A DNA stretch of 64,000 nt, taken from the NCBI GenBank assembly GCA_050950765.1, contig JBMNIF010000003.1, positions 160,001 to 224,000 on the forward strand, read 5' to 3'. The translations under genes were made by a program, and so were the position numbers. Origin of the DNA: Bdellovibrionota bacterium. Its GTDB lineage: Bacteria; Bdellovibrionota_C; UBA2361; JAAYZI01. The notes under the pieces were generated by a model, which saw nothing but the letters and a program-made list of their open reading frames with translations, was not told the DNA's origin and ran no database searches. Numbering within the stretch: the stretch's first letter is position 1; every line of letters begins with the position of its first letter. This document shows, piece by piece, positions 10,667 to 20,797 of the stretch.

Positions 10667-11272
10667 TTAATTCTCTCCCAAAGATCGACGTGCCTCATCA
10701 ACAGCTTGTAAAAAACCGGCATCTTTTAAAACACCCTCTATGGCTGTCTGCATAGCTTCACCTAGAACTCTTTTTACTTTAGACTCGGTTAGAAACGGAT
10801 GTTGCAACGAAGAGGCTCCATTATAAACAGCTGAATATATGGTGCTTCCCCTATCATCAATCACTAAAATTCTGATAGCCGCTTTGGCTGATTCTTTAGA
10901 AGTCGGAAAGCCTGTTTGGACATCAGCAAACCACTCTAAGACCTCACCTCTTAACAACGGCCCACGCATCTGTGCCAATCTGTAATCATTTAACCTTAAG
11001 TAATCTTCAAAAGCGTGCGTCACGTGTAGGGCAACGGTATCATCTGGCATAACCGCCCTCCCGTTGATACTTATCAACGCCTCTTTTTCTCGTGCATCAG
11101 AGAAAGCATCAACCCTAACCCACCTATCGCCGAACGGAACTCTTCCAGGTGTTGGATCAACGATATTAATCAGATCTGCCACAGGGACAGTGCTATCAAA
11201 ACCCGCGGCACATCCCGCGCAACAGAACAACAAAACTATAAATGGTAACAATCTCATCTTTAATTTTTCCAA
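10667..11272 (-). CDS. Putative lipoprotein (YajG-like)
   Basis: Lipobox CAGC after a hydrophobic stretch; VRVDAFSDAR motif; start probably the ATG at 11257. Confidence 0.55.
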   Translation of the reverse strand: MEKLKMRLLPFIVLLFCCAGCAAGFDSTVPVADLINIVDPTPGRVPFGDRWVRVDAFSDAREKEALISINGRAVMPDDTVALHVTHAFEDYLRLNDYRLAQMRGPLLRGEVLEWFADVQTGFPTSKESAKAAIRILVIDDRGSTIYSAVYNGASSLQHPFLTESKVKRVLGEAMQTAIEGVLKDAGFLQAVDEARRSLGEN

Positions 11273-11534
11273 AAAAACTAGCCTATCGTGCTAAATAAAA
11301 TAACCGATACACTTTTTCTCCTCCCTTTAACATACTCTAAGCCACCTAAAGATGGGAAAGAGGTTAAAAAATGCTTCTTTTAAGTGAATCTTAGCATCCA
11401 ATAACTACTGGAGGTGCCGCACGGCTTTTATTTAACGATACCTTCCGAAAGGGAGAATATTAACACCTTTTGCTTTTTCAAAAAAAGTACTAAAAGAGCA
11501 TTCAACTAATGTATTTTATTAAGGATACCTTCTT

Positions 11535-12221
11535 ATGCGCATGGATAAAGAGCCCTCACTGATCGGAACGGTAGTCGGATTGATCTGTGCTCCAAAAAGC
11601 ACTTGTGAAATATTATTAAAAGCTGAAAGACCCAGACACGTTGTTTCAATCCTTGCCCTTCTTTACCTTATTATCTTAGCGCCCATTGTCATTACCTCTT
11701 TTACAACAAATCAACCTCTGTATAATACGAATTCTATCGCCGTGCTTTTTGCTGTCTTTACTATCGGATTGATTTTATTCATTATTTTTGAATATCTTTT
11801 TCTAAGGCTAATGGCAGTAAAGATAACCATTCCGCGACTAACTGCTGCCATAGTTTATAGCCTCATCCCACTTATTGGGATTATTCTAGCGATGTATGTA
11901 TTAAATTACTGCTTTAACGATAATTTAATCTACATCTCATTCGTATTGAACGGACTTGCTAGAGGGAATCCAGCAGCCAATGCTTTTATCCCTTGGATCT
12001 TATACATAGGGGCGATAACCTCTTTTCTGATCTACTTTTTCTCGCTGCACGCCATCTCGGAGATGCTTTATCCTTCATCTTTTATTACTGCACTTTTATC
12101 CGTTCTTCCTATGGCACTTGCCGCACTTGTTGCATCCTTAATCTCAAGTGTCTTAATTCCAGGGAGTGTTAATAAATTTATAAGTATCTTACAGGCACCA
12201 ACATCTATATTAGGGGTCTAG
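11535..12221 (+). CDS. Yip1-like multi-pass membrane protein
   Basis: About five TM segments; LICAPKST N-terminal and YSLIP motifs. Confidence 0.5.
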   Translation: MRMDKEPSLIGTVVGLICAPKSTCEILLKAERPRHVVSILALLYLIILAPIVITSFTTNQPLYNTNSIAVLFAVFTIGLILFIIFEYLFLRLMAVKITIPRLTAAIVYSLIPLIGIILAMYVLNYCFNDNLIYISFVLNGLARGNPAANAFIPWILYIGAITSFLIYFFSLHAISEMLYPSSFITALLSVLPMALAALVASLISSVLIPGSVNKFISILQAPTSILGV

Positions 12222-12229
12222 AATTTTTA

Positions 12230-12680
12230 GCCGCCCTTTAGGGACAGCAGGACGGGCTGCTAAAAATTTGGTGCCACCCTTCAGAAAAAACGAATCAGCT
12301 AGATCTGGACGGGGGTTAAAAATTTGGTGCCACCCTTCATTTTGGGCAGATCTGGCAAATTTAGCTGGGAAAATTTGGTGCCACCCACCAGTGCTAAAAG
12401 ACTCTAAAATTACAATAGCTAATAATATCAATATGTTAATAAAAACTTAAAATTCGGCGAATTTGGTGCCACCCAACAGGGATGCTAGGACGGGCTGCAA
12501 CTGAAGACAAGACTAGCTAGATCTGGACGGGGGTTAAAAATTTGGTGCCACCCTTCATTTTGGGCAGATCTGGCAAATTTAGCTGCGGCTTAAATTGACC
12601 GATAACACCCAAAAGAGATGGGTGGCACCAGATCCTGACCCTCTCAATAAGGTTTTAGCAGGTGGGTGGCACCAAAATTT
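12230..12680. repeat. GGTGCCACCC mosaic array 1 (7 cores: 5 on +, 2 on -)
   Basis: Cores at 12270, 12326, 12377, 12465, 12544 (+) and 12620, 12664 (-). Confidence 0.9.
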
Positions 12681-12752
12681 CCCCTCTTCCTATTGACGAA
12701 AAAGTCTACATCATGTAATCAAACGCTGCTCTTTATTCTTTGACTTTTACGC

Positions 12753-12829
12753 GTCCTCATCGTCTAGTCAGGTCAGGACAGCAGCCTTTCACGCTGTAAA
12801 CATGGGTTCGAATCCCATTGAGGACGCCA
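12753..12829 (+). tRNA. tRNA-Glu (TTC)
   Basis: Acceptor stem GTCCTCA/TGAGGAC, anticodon arm GCAGC-CTTTCAC-GCTGT, T-loop GGTTCGAATCC, encoded CCA. Confidence 0.95.
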
Positions 12830-13024
12830 TTTTTTTATCTATCAATCTTCCCACCCTAATTACTTTTCCAAAAGAACCCCTAAGTACCTCTAATTCTCTA
12901 GTGTTTTTCTGAACCACCTTTTTAAGTTGAATCATCAAAGTATGATGTGCAGATTTCATCTATGTGATAATTTTAAAAAAAATCGCTAGCGGAGCTTTAA
13001 AATTTAAAAAATCAATTATTTCAG

Positions 13025-13567
13025 ATGATTAACAAAACACCTAAAAAAATCTCCCCTTCTATGACGCGACGTTCTACGTTTTTCAGAAGTAAACGTGAGC
13101 GTGGCGCCACTTTAGTAGAGCTTGCCATCTCGCTCCCCATTTTCTTATTCCTCCTCTTTATACTTTTTGACCTCTTACTATTTGGGTGTGATGTCCTTTC
13201 AACAAAGTACGTCGTTAGCCGTGCTGCCAGAGATATTGCAACCGGTACATATGATATAGAAACAGCTAAGAACCATGTGCTAACGTTATCAAGGCAATAT
13301 ATTATCAGTAGAAGTGTTCGTAATGCCTTAAATAACAATAATATATCCATCTGTGCAGTTGGAAATGGTAAACCTTGTGGCTGGAAGAACGAGGAAGAAG
13401 GTAGTAAGTACGGTGAGACTGAGCCAGAAGGACAAGCCCTTCCCGAAATGGGATACCCTGTTTCAATTGTTTTACGGACTTCATACAAATTTACAGGCTT
13501 CCATTGGTTAACAGGGAGGGTGGTTCCAATTCAGGCTGAAGATATTGTTAGGATTGAACCCAAATGA
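13025..13567 (+). CDS. TadE family pseudopilin
   Basis: RGATLVELAISLPIF prepilin cleavage motif and AAR motif. Confidence 0.85.
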   Translation: MINKTPKKISPSMTRRSTFFRSKRERGATLVELAISLPIFLFLLFILFDLLLFGCDVLSTKYVVSRAARDIATGTYDIETAKNHVLTLSRQYIISRSVRNALNNNNISICAVGNGKPCGWKNEEEGSKYGETEPEGQALPEMGYPVSIVLRTSYKFTGFHWLTGRVVPIQAEDIVRIEPK

Positions 13568-14130
13568 TGAATAAACACCACTTAAAAAACAACTCTGCTG
13601 GCGCAGTTCTTGTTGAATTAGCGCTGTTAGCTCCTATTTTATTACTCCTTACCTTAGGCGGGATAGAGTTAGTCTTTGAGTTACGTCATATTAACTCTGC
13701 TCTTACCTTAAGTAACACCGCCGCCACTTACGCCTTTAGAGAGTGCTCCTCTCACAAATATATTCACGGTCCTGGTAAATGTCTTGATCGTATTGAGCGC
13801 GAGATGACAACCTTTGCTCAAAACAATATTGACCAACACTCCCATGTCGTACTCTCTGCATATTATAACGATGGAACAAACCGTGAATACCACGCCTCTT
13901 CCGGAACCCTCCCACCTAAAGATAAAAAGGTAAAACTAGGCGGTCGTTGTCTTAATATGTGGGATCGTGACCAAATCGGTAATGATGCAAAACAGATCTC
14001 AGACAGGGCAGGAGGAATGGTTATTATAGCGCAGTCTTATATCTATTATGAACCGTTAATCGGAGTGCTTAGAGCTCTTTTTATAGGTGATGCAAGTAAT
14101 AAATACATCTGCGAACAGACAATAATTTAG
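13564..14130 (+). CDS. TadE/TadF family pseudopilin
   Basis: GAVLVELALLAPILLLL motif. Confidence 0.8.
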   Translation: MMNKHHLKNNSAGAVLVELALLAPILLLLTLGGIELVFELRHINSALTLSNTAATYAFRECSSHKYIHGPGKCLDRIEREMTTFAQNNIDQHSHVVLSAYYNDGTNREYHASSGTLPPKDKKVKLGGRCLNMWDRDQIGNDAKQISDRAGGMVIIAQSYIYYEPLIGVLRALFIGDASNKYICEQTII

Positions 14131-14151
14131 TATCGTTAAGGAAGAAGTAAT

Positions 14152-16329
14152 ATGAAGCAACAATCCTCTAATAAAGAAGCAGGTGCATATCTTCTTTTTG
14201 CAGCTATCTCGCTAATTGTTATCTTGGGCGTTGTTGGACTCGGACTCGATCTCGGCAAACTGTATCGAGATAAACTTTGCATTCAAAAAGCAGCAGATGC
14301 TGCTATCGCTGCCGGATTACGAGATAGGGGAATAAGAACTAATATCTTTACACGTGAAACAGATCAGGTCGGTCAAGACTCTATGCAAACAGCAACGATT
14401 ATCGCTAGAGCCAATTTAATGGGGCTAGATTTCTCTGAAGACAATAATAATAATACTATCGTTACAAATTTTGATGGCGCCACAGAAACTCTCAGCATTA
14501 CAATTACCTACACGGATCCTCTTTTCCTCCTCTCGCATATCCCGTTTTTCGGAGTTGGTAACGGAGTGAGGATAAGTGCGACTGCTCAAGGACGTTTAAA
14601 ACCTGCAAACATTGCACTTGTTTTAGATTATTCCGGATCTATGTGCTGCGATATGAACGGACTTAATTGTGGCACTCTCTCATGTAAAGCTGACTCTACA
14701 GATAGTAAAGCTAGCCATTTAATAAACGCAGTTGATAGCTTTTTAGCCAAATTTAAAAACGGTTATGATCGCATTTCATTTATCCCGTTTGATACAGTCG
14801 CTGAAGTTAGCGCTGGGATGGCGAGAGATTACATTAAAAACTGGACTGATTTAGACAGTGGTGCAAGAAATAGACCTTTTGGGGGTGATACAAATCCCTC
14901 AGATGCTCTACTTCACGCCTTTGTTGATGCACATCAAGTTAATCATTTAGATGAGGTGCACTACGTCTTTTTCACGGATGGAGCGCCAACAGCAGGAAGG
15001 TTTTTAGCTGAAGTTAATAACGGGAACAATCGCTTAACTGATAGATCGGGGAATTATTATCAAGTAGCATTAAATCCGTATCAACTTGAGTATTACGGGG
15101 GTAGTAATCACACCAACCGAAGCGGTCAAAACATAGATAACCTTATTGATTTCTATAACTATAAAGTACAGTGGTCATGGTTTGATAATTTCGGGAATTT
15201 ACGCGCCTTTACCTATGCGCCATCTCCCGTTATCCTTGCAGCTGTGCGTGGTCCTGGAATATTTACTGCCCAAACCAATATCTGGAGAGGTATCTGGAAA
15301 GGTATGTACTACCCCGTACAAGATGATATAGGAGATCTTCTACGATTAAATCAAGGTCAATTCGGTTATAATAAACATAATCAAATTGATTCTACTGCCA
15401 TGGGTAATATATATAATGATTTTAATCCCTATGCTGATAAGTATAACCCACCTACGGCTCCGATAACTCGTAACAGAGCAAACTTTATAGCACCTTGTAG
15501 TTACGGTTATAACCCTAGCGGATGTGGCAATACTTCAGGATTTTGCCGAGCTACACCCTATACTAATGCTGTAGATATTATAACGAATGCCAATGCGCAT
15601 CCTAACGACCCAGCCAATTTAAATCAATTAAGTGATACACGCCATACACCACCCGACACCGATCGTGTCTGGGATAAATTAGAGAACTGCTTTAACGATT
15701 CTTTAGGTAATAGTAATTTTGAACTAGTTGTTCCTTTTTCAGATTATTCGTATGGCAGATCAACCTCCACCAATACTGATGATTGGTCACAACAATACTA
15801 TAACGCCGCCATAGCGTATGGTGATATGATTAGAGATAATGGTGGTATTATCCACGCTATCGGTCTAGGGCCACAACAACCTAATATTACACCGACAGAC
15901 TTTTACCAAGACCCAAACGATGATAAAACACGTAAAGATTACTTCTTAGCAAGACTTGCCCTTGACCCTGAAGTTTGTCAGGAAATTGATGAAGGGGCAG
16001 GAGATACGAAGTGTAAAGGTTCAGCAAATATAGGTGAACCTGCCACAGGTGATTGCTGTTATAATTCTCTAAGAGATTCAAACGCCGGAGGTAATTTAAG
16101 CCCTTGGAGTGAGTTTTTCCAGGAAACATCGGGTGAAAATTGTTGTGGTAATAGTGGTGCCGGACAGATTGGAGCGGCTTGTATAAATTGCCAAGAAATA
16201 AACTATTCCAACCGCTACCGTTTTGGAGAGTATGAACCTGTAAATGATCCTAACCAGCTCACTGACGTTTTCCAACGCATAGCACAGAAGATCTTACTAA
16301 GCCTCGCTGATCAACAAGTTAATCAGTAG
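14152..16329 (+). CDS. TadG-like pilus protein with vWA domain and large insertions
   Basis: GLGLDLG...QKAADAA Tad N-terminal motif; MIDAS motifs LVLDYSGSM, GGDTN, FFTDG and IHAIGLG. Confidence 0.8.
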   Translation: MKQQSSNKEAGAYLLFAAISLIVILGVVGLGLDLGKLYRDKLCIQKAADAAIAAGLRDRGIRTNIFTRETDQVGQDSMQTATIIARANLMGLDFSEDNNNNTIVTNFDGATETLSITITYTDPLFLLSHIPFFGVGNGVRISATAQGRLKPANIALVLDYSGSMCCDMNGLNCGTLSCKADSTDSKASHLINAVDSFLAKFKNGYDRISFIPFDTVAEVSAGMARDYIKNWTDLDSGARNRPFGGDTNPSDALLHAFVDAHQVNHLDEVHYVFFTDGAPTAGRFLAEVNNGNNRLTDRSGNYYQVALNPYQLEYYGGSNHTNRSGQNIDNLIDFYNYKVQWSWFDNFGNLRAFTYAPSPVILAAVRGPGIFTAQTNIWRGIWKGMYYPVQDDIGDLLRLNQGQFGYNKHNQIDSTAMGNIYNDFNPYADKYNPPTAPITRNRANFIAPCSYGYNPSGCGNTSGFCRATPYTNAVDIITNANAHPNDPANLNQLSDTRHTPPDTDRVWDKLENCFNDSLGNSNFELVVPFSDYSYGRSTSTNTDDWSQQYYNAAIAYGDMIRDNGGIIHAIGLGPQQPNITPTDFYQDPNDDKTRKDYFLARLALDPEVCQEIDEGAGDTKCKGSANIGEPATGDCCYNSLRDSNAGGNLSPWSEFFQETSGENCCGNSGAGQIGAACINCQEINYSNRYRFGEYEPVNDPNQLTDVFQRIAQKILLSLADQQVNQ

Positions 16330-16455
16330 AGCAATAAAGAACAACAATAACGTATCTTATAACGAGATTAACATTACATCTGTGAAATTTACCTTAGAAC
16401 ACCCCTCCTCTGATAATTGAAAATTATTCTCGTTTGTAGTACGACTCTTAAGGAG

Positions 16456-18059
16456 ATGGTCTACTTTTTACCATCTGGGAGGCGATTATTACAGAAGCAA
16501 CACTCAAAATCTTATTACTTGAAGACAACGAAGATGATTTTCAAGAACTTGAAGAGCTTCTTTCTCGTGTAAAAGGGGTGCCCTTTGAGCTTGACTGGGG
16601 GCAAGATTTTGATGACGGCATCAAAGTTCTAAAAGAGGGAAGGTATGATGTCTGCTTATTGGATAGCTCGTTAGGCACTAGAGGTGGTGTTGAGTTTATT
16701 AGAGAAGCTAAAGCAAACGGCATAAAAACTCCGATCATTTTTTTAGCAGAGGGCAAAGAGGCCGATCGGGATGTAACAGCATTACGTGCTGGTGCTGCAG
16801 ATTATCTAGTGAAGGGGCGTATCCATCCTGTATTTTTACGCCGTGCTATCCGTTACGCTCTTGAAAGATTTAGATCTGAACAGAAAGTAGATCACTACAA
16901 TAAAGTTCCCCTACCACACCGTCACGATCTCCCACCTCTCAGCACAGCACGAGAGCTGCAAGAAGTTCTTAGCAAGGCAGCAGGATTAATTAAGATTGCA
17001 CAGAGCAAAACAAAGCAGGATAAATCGGATAAAGGGCTTCCAAAACTACTGAATGATGCTTTCGATTATTCTCTGCAAGCGCTATCCCTTTCAGAGACTT
17101 TACTAGGCAAATTGAGTAGAAACTTTACGCTACAACCTGCTGTTAATGTACAACAACTGATACTGGACACCATAGACCTTTTAGCACCACATATTGCAAA
17201 AAATATCTCCCTAACAACCTCAATCAACCGCAGTAAACAGTTTTTAATTGAGGGGGATGTCACACTACTTCGGCAAGTTCTGGTTGATATTATCCTTTAT
17301 AGAGCGGAACAGATGCCACAAGGGGGCACTATCAATACAGCAGTTACCCTCTATAAAGCTGAACACGATTCGGAAACAAAAAATGATGCTCCCCACTCCA
17401 TTGAATATGTCTGCATAGAGATGAAAGATCTATCAGCATCTCTCAACACCTACGACATTACTAAGATCTTTGCGCAGAAAAAGCATCTCGGTCTTGTCGG
17501 TCTCTCTTTAACAGCAGTACCGTCTATCATTCAAGCTCATAACGGTTGGTGCACTCTAGCTCCGATTCGAACCACTACGGACGACGACCCTCAGAAGCCG
17601 TTAGGCGCTGTTTTTTCGATCTATATTCCACTTTACACCCCCCTCTCCTTTAAAGCTCCCTTACCCCGTAAGGTAGCGCCTCCGCTACGTGGTGAAATTC
17701 TCGTGATCGATGAAGACGGATCTTTTGCGGAGTTAACAAAACTTTACCTCGATGCTGCCGGAGTAGGAGCAAAAAGTTTTTCAAGCGCAGCAGAAGCGTT
17801 GGCTTGGTATTCAGCTCATACTAAGGAAACAGATCTAATTCTTTTAGATATCTCTATCTCTGACATCAATAGTAGCGAATGTTTTTCAATCTTGAAAAAG
17901 ATAAATCCACAAGCAAAAATTGCGATTTTCTCGGCAGAGCCTGACATTGAAGCTAAAGAATTGCTAAATCAAGGCGCGCTTAAATATTTTCAAAAACCCA
18001 CCCACTACCCGCTCATCCTCGCTTGGATTATGGAAGAGCTAAAGGAATCTAAAAATTAA
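16456..18059 (+). CDS. Hybrid REC-(degenerate HisKA/HATPase)-REC signalling protein; start uncertain
   Basis: Frame is open upstream of 16578 (LKILLLEDNEDD); YDVCLLD and GAADYLVK; C-terminal ILVIDED, DLILLD, YFQKP; no in-frame ATG upstream of the REC start, ATG at 16456 is one base out of frame. Confidence 0.75.
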
Positions 18060-18065
18060 CTGACC

Positions 18066-19082
18066 ATGACTAAACTACAAAAACAATCGATAGACTCAGA
18101 AGACCTTTCCAAGATATTGCAAGCGCTACCGGAGGTACCTCTAATTGATGCAAAGATTAGATCTGCTTTTCTCTCTGAAGCTCCTACTTTACAGACAGTC
18201 TCGAATTACCTCTATTCAACAGGGGGAAAACATCTCCGTCCTGCCCTCTGCGTTCTCTCTGCGAAGTGCTTTAATCTGCAAAAAACTGATGAGAGAGTAA
18301 TTAATGCTGCCGCTGCTATTGAGTTGATTCACCACGCTTCACTCCTACACGATGATATTATTGACAACTCACTAACCAGACGTAAGCAACCCTCTCCTTT
18401 TGCTAAGTATGGCCTGCCTGCCACATTGCTAGCAGGAGATTTTTTATACCTGCGAGCTTTCGGATTGTGCATCACTTTAACGGAAGGTATCGTTAAAGAG
18501 TTTGAGAGATCTTGCCTCAATCTAACTGAAGGCGAGATGCTTGAAACACCCCTATATAACGAAAGACACTCTTTAGAATCTGCACTTCAGATCGCTCGTA
18601 AAAAAACAGCCTCATTATTTACTTTAGCAGCCGTTACAGGCACACACCTAGCTGAGGCTAATCAAGAAGTGATAGAAGAGATGCGCCTTTTCGGAGAAAA
18701 TTTAGGTGTCGCTTTTCAGATTTTAGATGACATCCTTGATGTTACCTCAACCACCGAAATAATGGGGAAAAAACCAGGAATAGATCTACATGAAAGAAAG
18801 CCCTCGTGTATAAACGTTTTGTGGCTAAACTCAGCTGCTCCCCTAGCAAAAACACTCCTTACTCCCCCCGCAACAGATGACTGGTCAACATTTATCCCCA
18901 AAGCGTTAAAAGAGTTAAAAGCAAGCCCTATCATTTCTGAGGCTCAAAATTTAGCTGCAGATTTTGTTAAAAAAGGCGAACAACACCTGCAAAACGCCAT
19001 ACAGATAGCACCAACTACTTCAGAAGAAGCCGCTAAAGCCCTACATTATCTTCTTAATTACTCACTAAAACGTAATAATTAA
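18066..19082 (+). CDS. Polyprenyl diphosphate synthase (IspB/HepT-like)
   Basis: GGKHLRP, LLHDDIID...RR, KTASLF and FQILDDILD motifs. Confidence 0.92.
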   Translation: MTKLQKQSIDSEDLSKILQALPEVPLIDAKIRSAFLSEAPTLQTVSNYLYSTGGKHLRPALCVLSAKCFNLQKTDERVINAAAAIELIHHASLLHDDIIDNSLTRRKQPSPFAKYGLPATLLAGDFLYLRAFGLCITLTEGIVKEFERSCLNLTEGEMLETPLYNERHSLESALQIARKKTASLFTLAAVTGTHLAEANQEVIEEMRLFGENLGVAFQILDDILDVTSTTEIMGKKPGIDLHERKPSCINVLWLNSAAPLAKTLLTPPATDDWSTFIPKALKELKASPIISEAQNLAADFVKKGEQHLQNAIQIAPTTSEEAAKALHYLLNYSLKRNN

Positions 19083-19349
19083 AAAAATAATTTTCTTAAA
19101 TATTTCAATCGGTTACTCAAAAAAGTGGCTACTTTTTTGCTTTTTATTTAAAAAATCAAACATCTTTATATAACCATCCTGATTTTATTTGCATAACGTA
19201 ACAAAGAGTGTGGTCATTAGTCATGACTTACTTCTTCCATGTCTAAATCTCCCCGCTAACGGAATTCTCCGTTTGGGAGGCTTTGTTTTAGGTTAGGTAT
19301 TTAAGAGATTAGCTCTACGGGTTTTTTAAGGTAATTCAATGATCTTTTT

Positions 19350-19649
19350 TTGGAGTACACCGTGGGCAATAGTAGAAGCTTACCTGAAATGGACATGTCT
19401 TATAACTGTGGCAAAGGCTATAACCCGGTTAGTGAATTGATGCGTGCTATGATCCTTAGAACGGTTGAGGATTATAATTCTAAAGGAGAATTCCATGATG
19501 AAGCGCTTGCTTACATGATGAATCCTGATGAAGAATATATCTTCTCATTCAGAGCTATCTGCAAGCAGATGGATCTGGATCCCGATAAGACGAGATACGC
19601 CATTATGAATGCGAAGCATCGTATTAGCACAAGACGTAGAGCCGCATAA
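19350..19649 (+). CDS. Hypothetical protein
   Basis: 99-aa ORF with YIFSFRAICKQMDLDP motif, followed by a terminator; exact start uncertain. Confidence 0.65.
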   Translation: MEYTVGNSRSLPEMDMSYNCGKGYNPVSELMRAMILRTVEDYNSKGEFHDEALAYMMNPDEEYIFSFRAICKQMDLDPDKTRYAIMNAKHRISTRRRAA

Positions 19650-19686
19650 TTATTACAGGAGTTTGCAGCTTTTTGCAGACAGGGCA

Positions 19687-19720
19687 GCCCCGTACGAGTT
19701 TTCGTGCGGGGTTTGTTTTT
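19687..19720 (+). terminator. Rho-independent terminator
   Basis: GCCCCGTACGA-GTTT-TCGTGCGGGGT hairpin followed by a T-rich tract. Confidence 0.8.
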
Positions 19721-19771
19721 TCTCCTCTTCAATTGCCGTTTAAATCTAAAAGATCTACAATCTCAAACGTT

Positions 19772-20257
19772 ATGAATACTCAACCTACGCCAAAAGTTTG
19801 TAATAAAGAGTGCAAGTTTTGCATCTCTCGCATTATGGAAGATTTAAAAGAGATCGAAAGCGGAGAGGATCAACTCCAGTATATAGTCGACCTTGTAAAA
19901 GATATCCCCTGCCTTAATGAAGAGTTTAAATGCGATGATTTTAAGGTAAAAGGGTGTATGTCTAATCTTTGGCTAGTGCCAGAGATGAAAGATGGTAAGT
20001 GTTATTTTTATTGTGACGGAGATGCCGTTATCCCAAAAGGGATCGCTTTTATCATCTCAGCCCTGCATAGTGGTTACACTCCGGAAGAGGTGCTTAGCTT
20101 AGACCTTAGCTGCATAAAAAAATTAGGGTTGGAGAAATATCTTTCTCCAAATAGAAGAAACTCCGTCTCGAACCTTTCAACAACGATCCAAGAATACGCT
20201 AAAAAGTTTCTCAACGATCGTGGTTGCGAGAAGTGCCCCAAGCTCCATATTATTTAA
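19772..20257 (+). CDS. sufE: SufE family sulfur-acceptor protein
   Basis: KVKGCMSNLW, DGDAVIPKG and LSPNRRN motifs. Confidence 0.85.
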   Translation: MNTQPTPKVCNKECKFCISRIMEDLKEIESGEDQLQYIVDLVKDIPCLNEEFKCDDFKVKGCMSNLWLVPEMKDGKCYFYCDGDAVIPKGIAFIISALHSGYTPEEVLSLDLSCIKKLGLEKYLSPNRRNSVSNLSTTIQEYAKKFLNDRGCEKCPKLHII

Positions 20258-20741
20258 TATAATACGACGCACCTCTTAATCTTTTAGCTTTAATTTGTTA
20301 TGCAGGTACGCGATTGCCGAAATAAGGCCTCTATCTTCTGCAAGCTCTGAAAAATTCTCTTCCAATTTTGAAAGATCAATTTCTTCTACTGAATATCCTT
20401 TAGCATAGGGACCATTACCAATTGTATATCCGATACTTAAAAGATCTTCTCCCTTAAGTGCTCCGTGAACATAGATCATGGCGTTAGAACCAGCTTCACC
20501 AGTATAAAAACTAAACTTTTTCTCTTCTAATTTCTTAAGGTAGGTAACAACCTCCTCAATCTGTGTAACATACTGTGGCGTTTCATTAATCTCCTGACTC
20601 TTCTGACTTTCGGCTATCGTAGAACGTGCCTTTTCCAGAAAGTGCTTATCCTAAATTCCGCAATTTTTATCTTTTCTCCATTCCAGAAATAAGCCACCGT
20701 ATTTTTTATTGATATTTTAGTTAGTTATATATTTTTCTATA

Positions 20742-20769
20742 TTGACATTTCCTGTTTGTATGGTATGAT
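20742..20769 (+). promoter_or_regulatory. Sigma70-like promoter of the IS transposase (also at 43562-43589)
   Basis: TTGACA-N16-TATGAT upstream of GGGAGG and ATG 20798. Confidence 0.6.
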
Positions 20770-20797
20770 TGCCCTATACATATTAGGGAGGTTTTTT

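Noticed and set aside
12753..16329. Island integrated at tRNA-Glu
   Set aside because: No integrase and no duplicated tRNA 3' end were seen in the window
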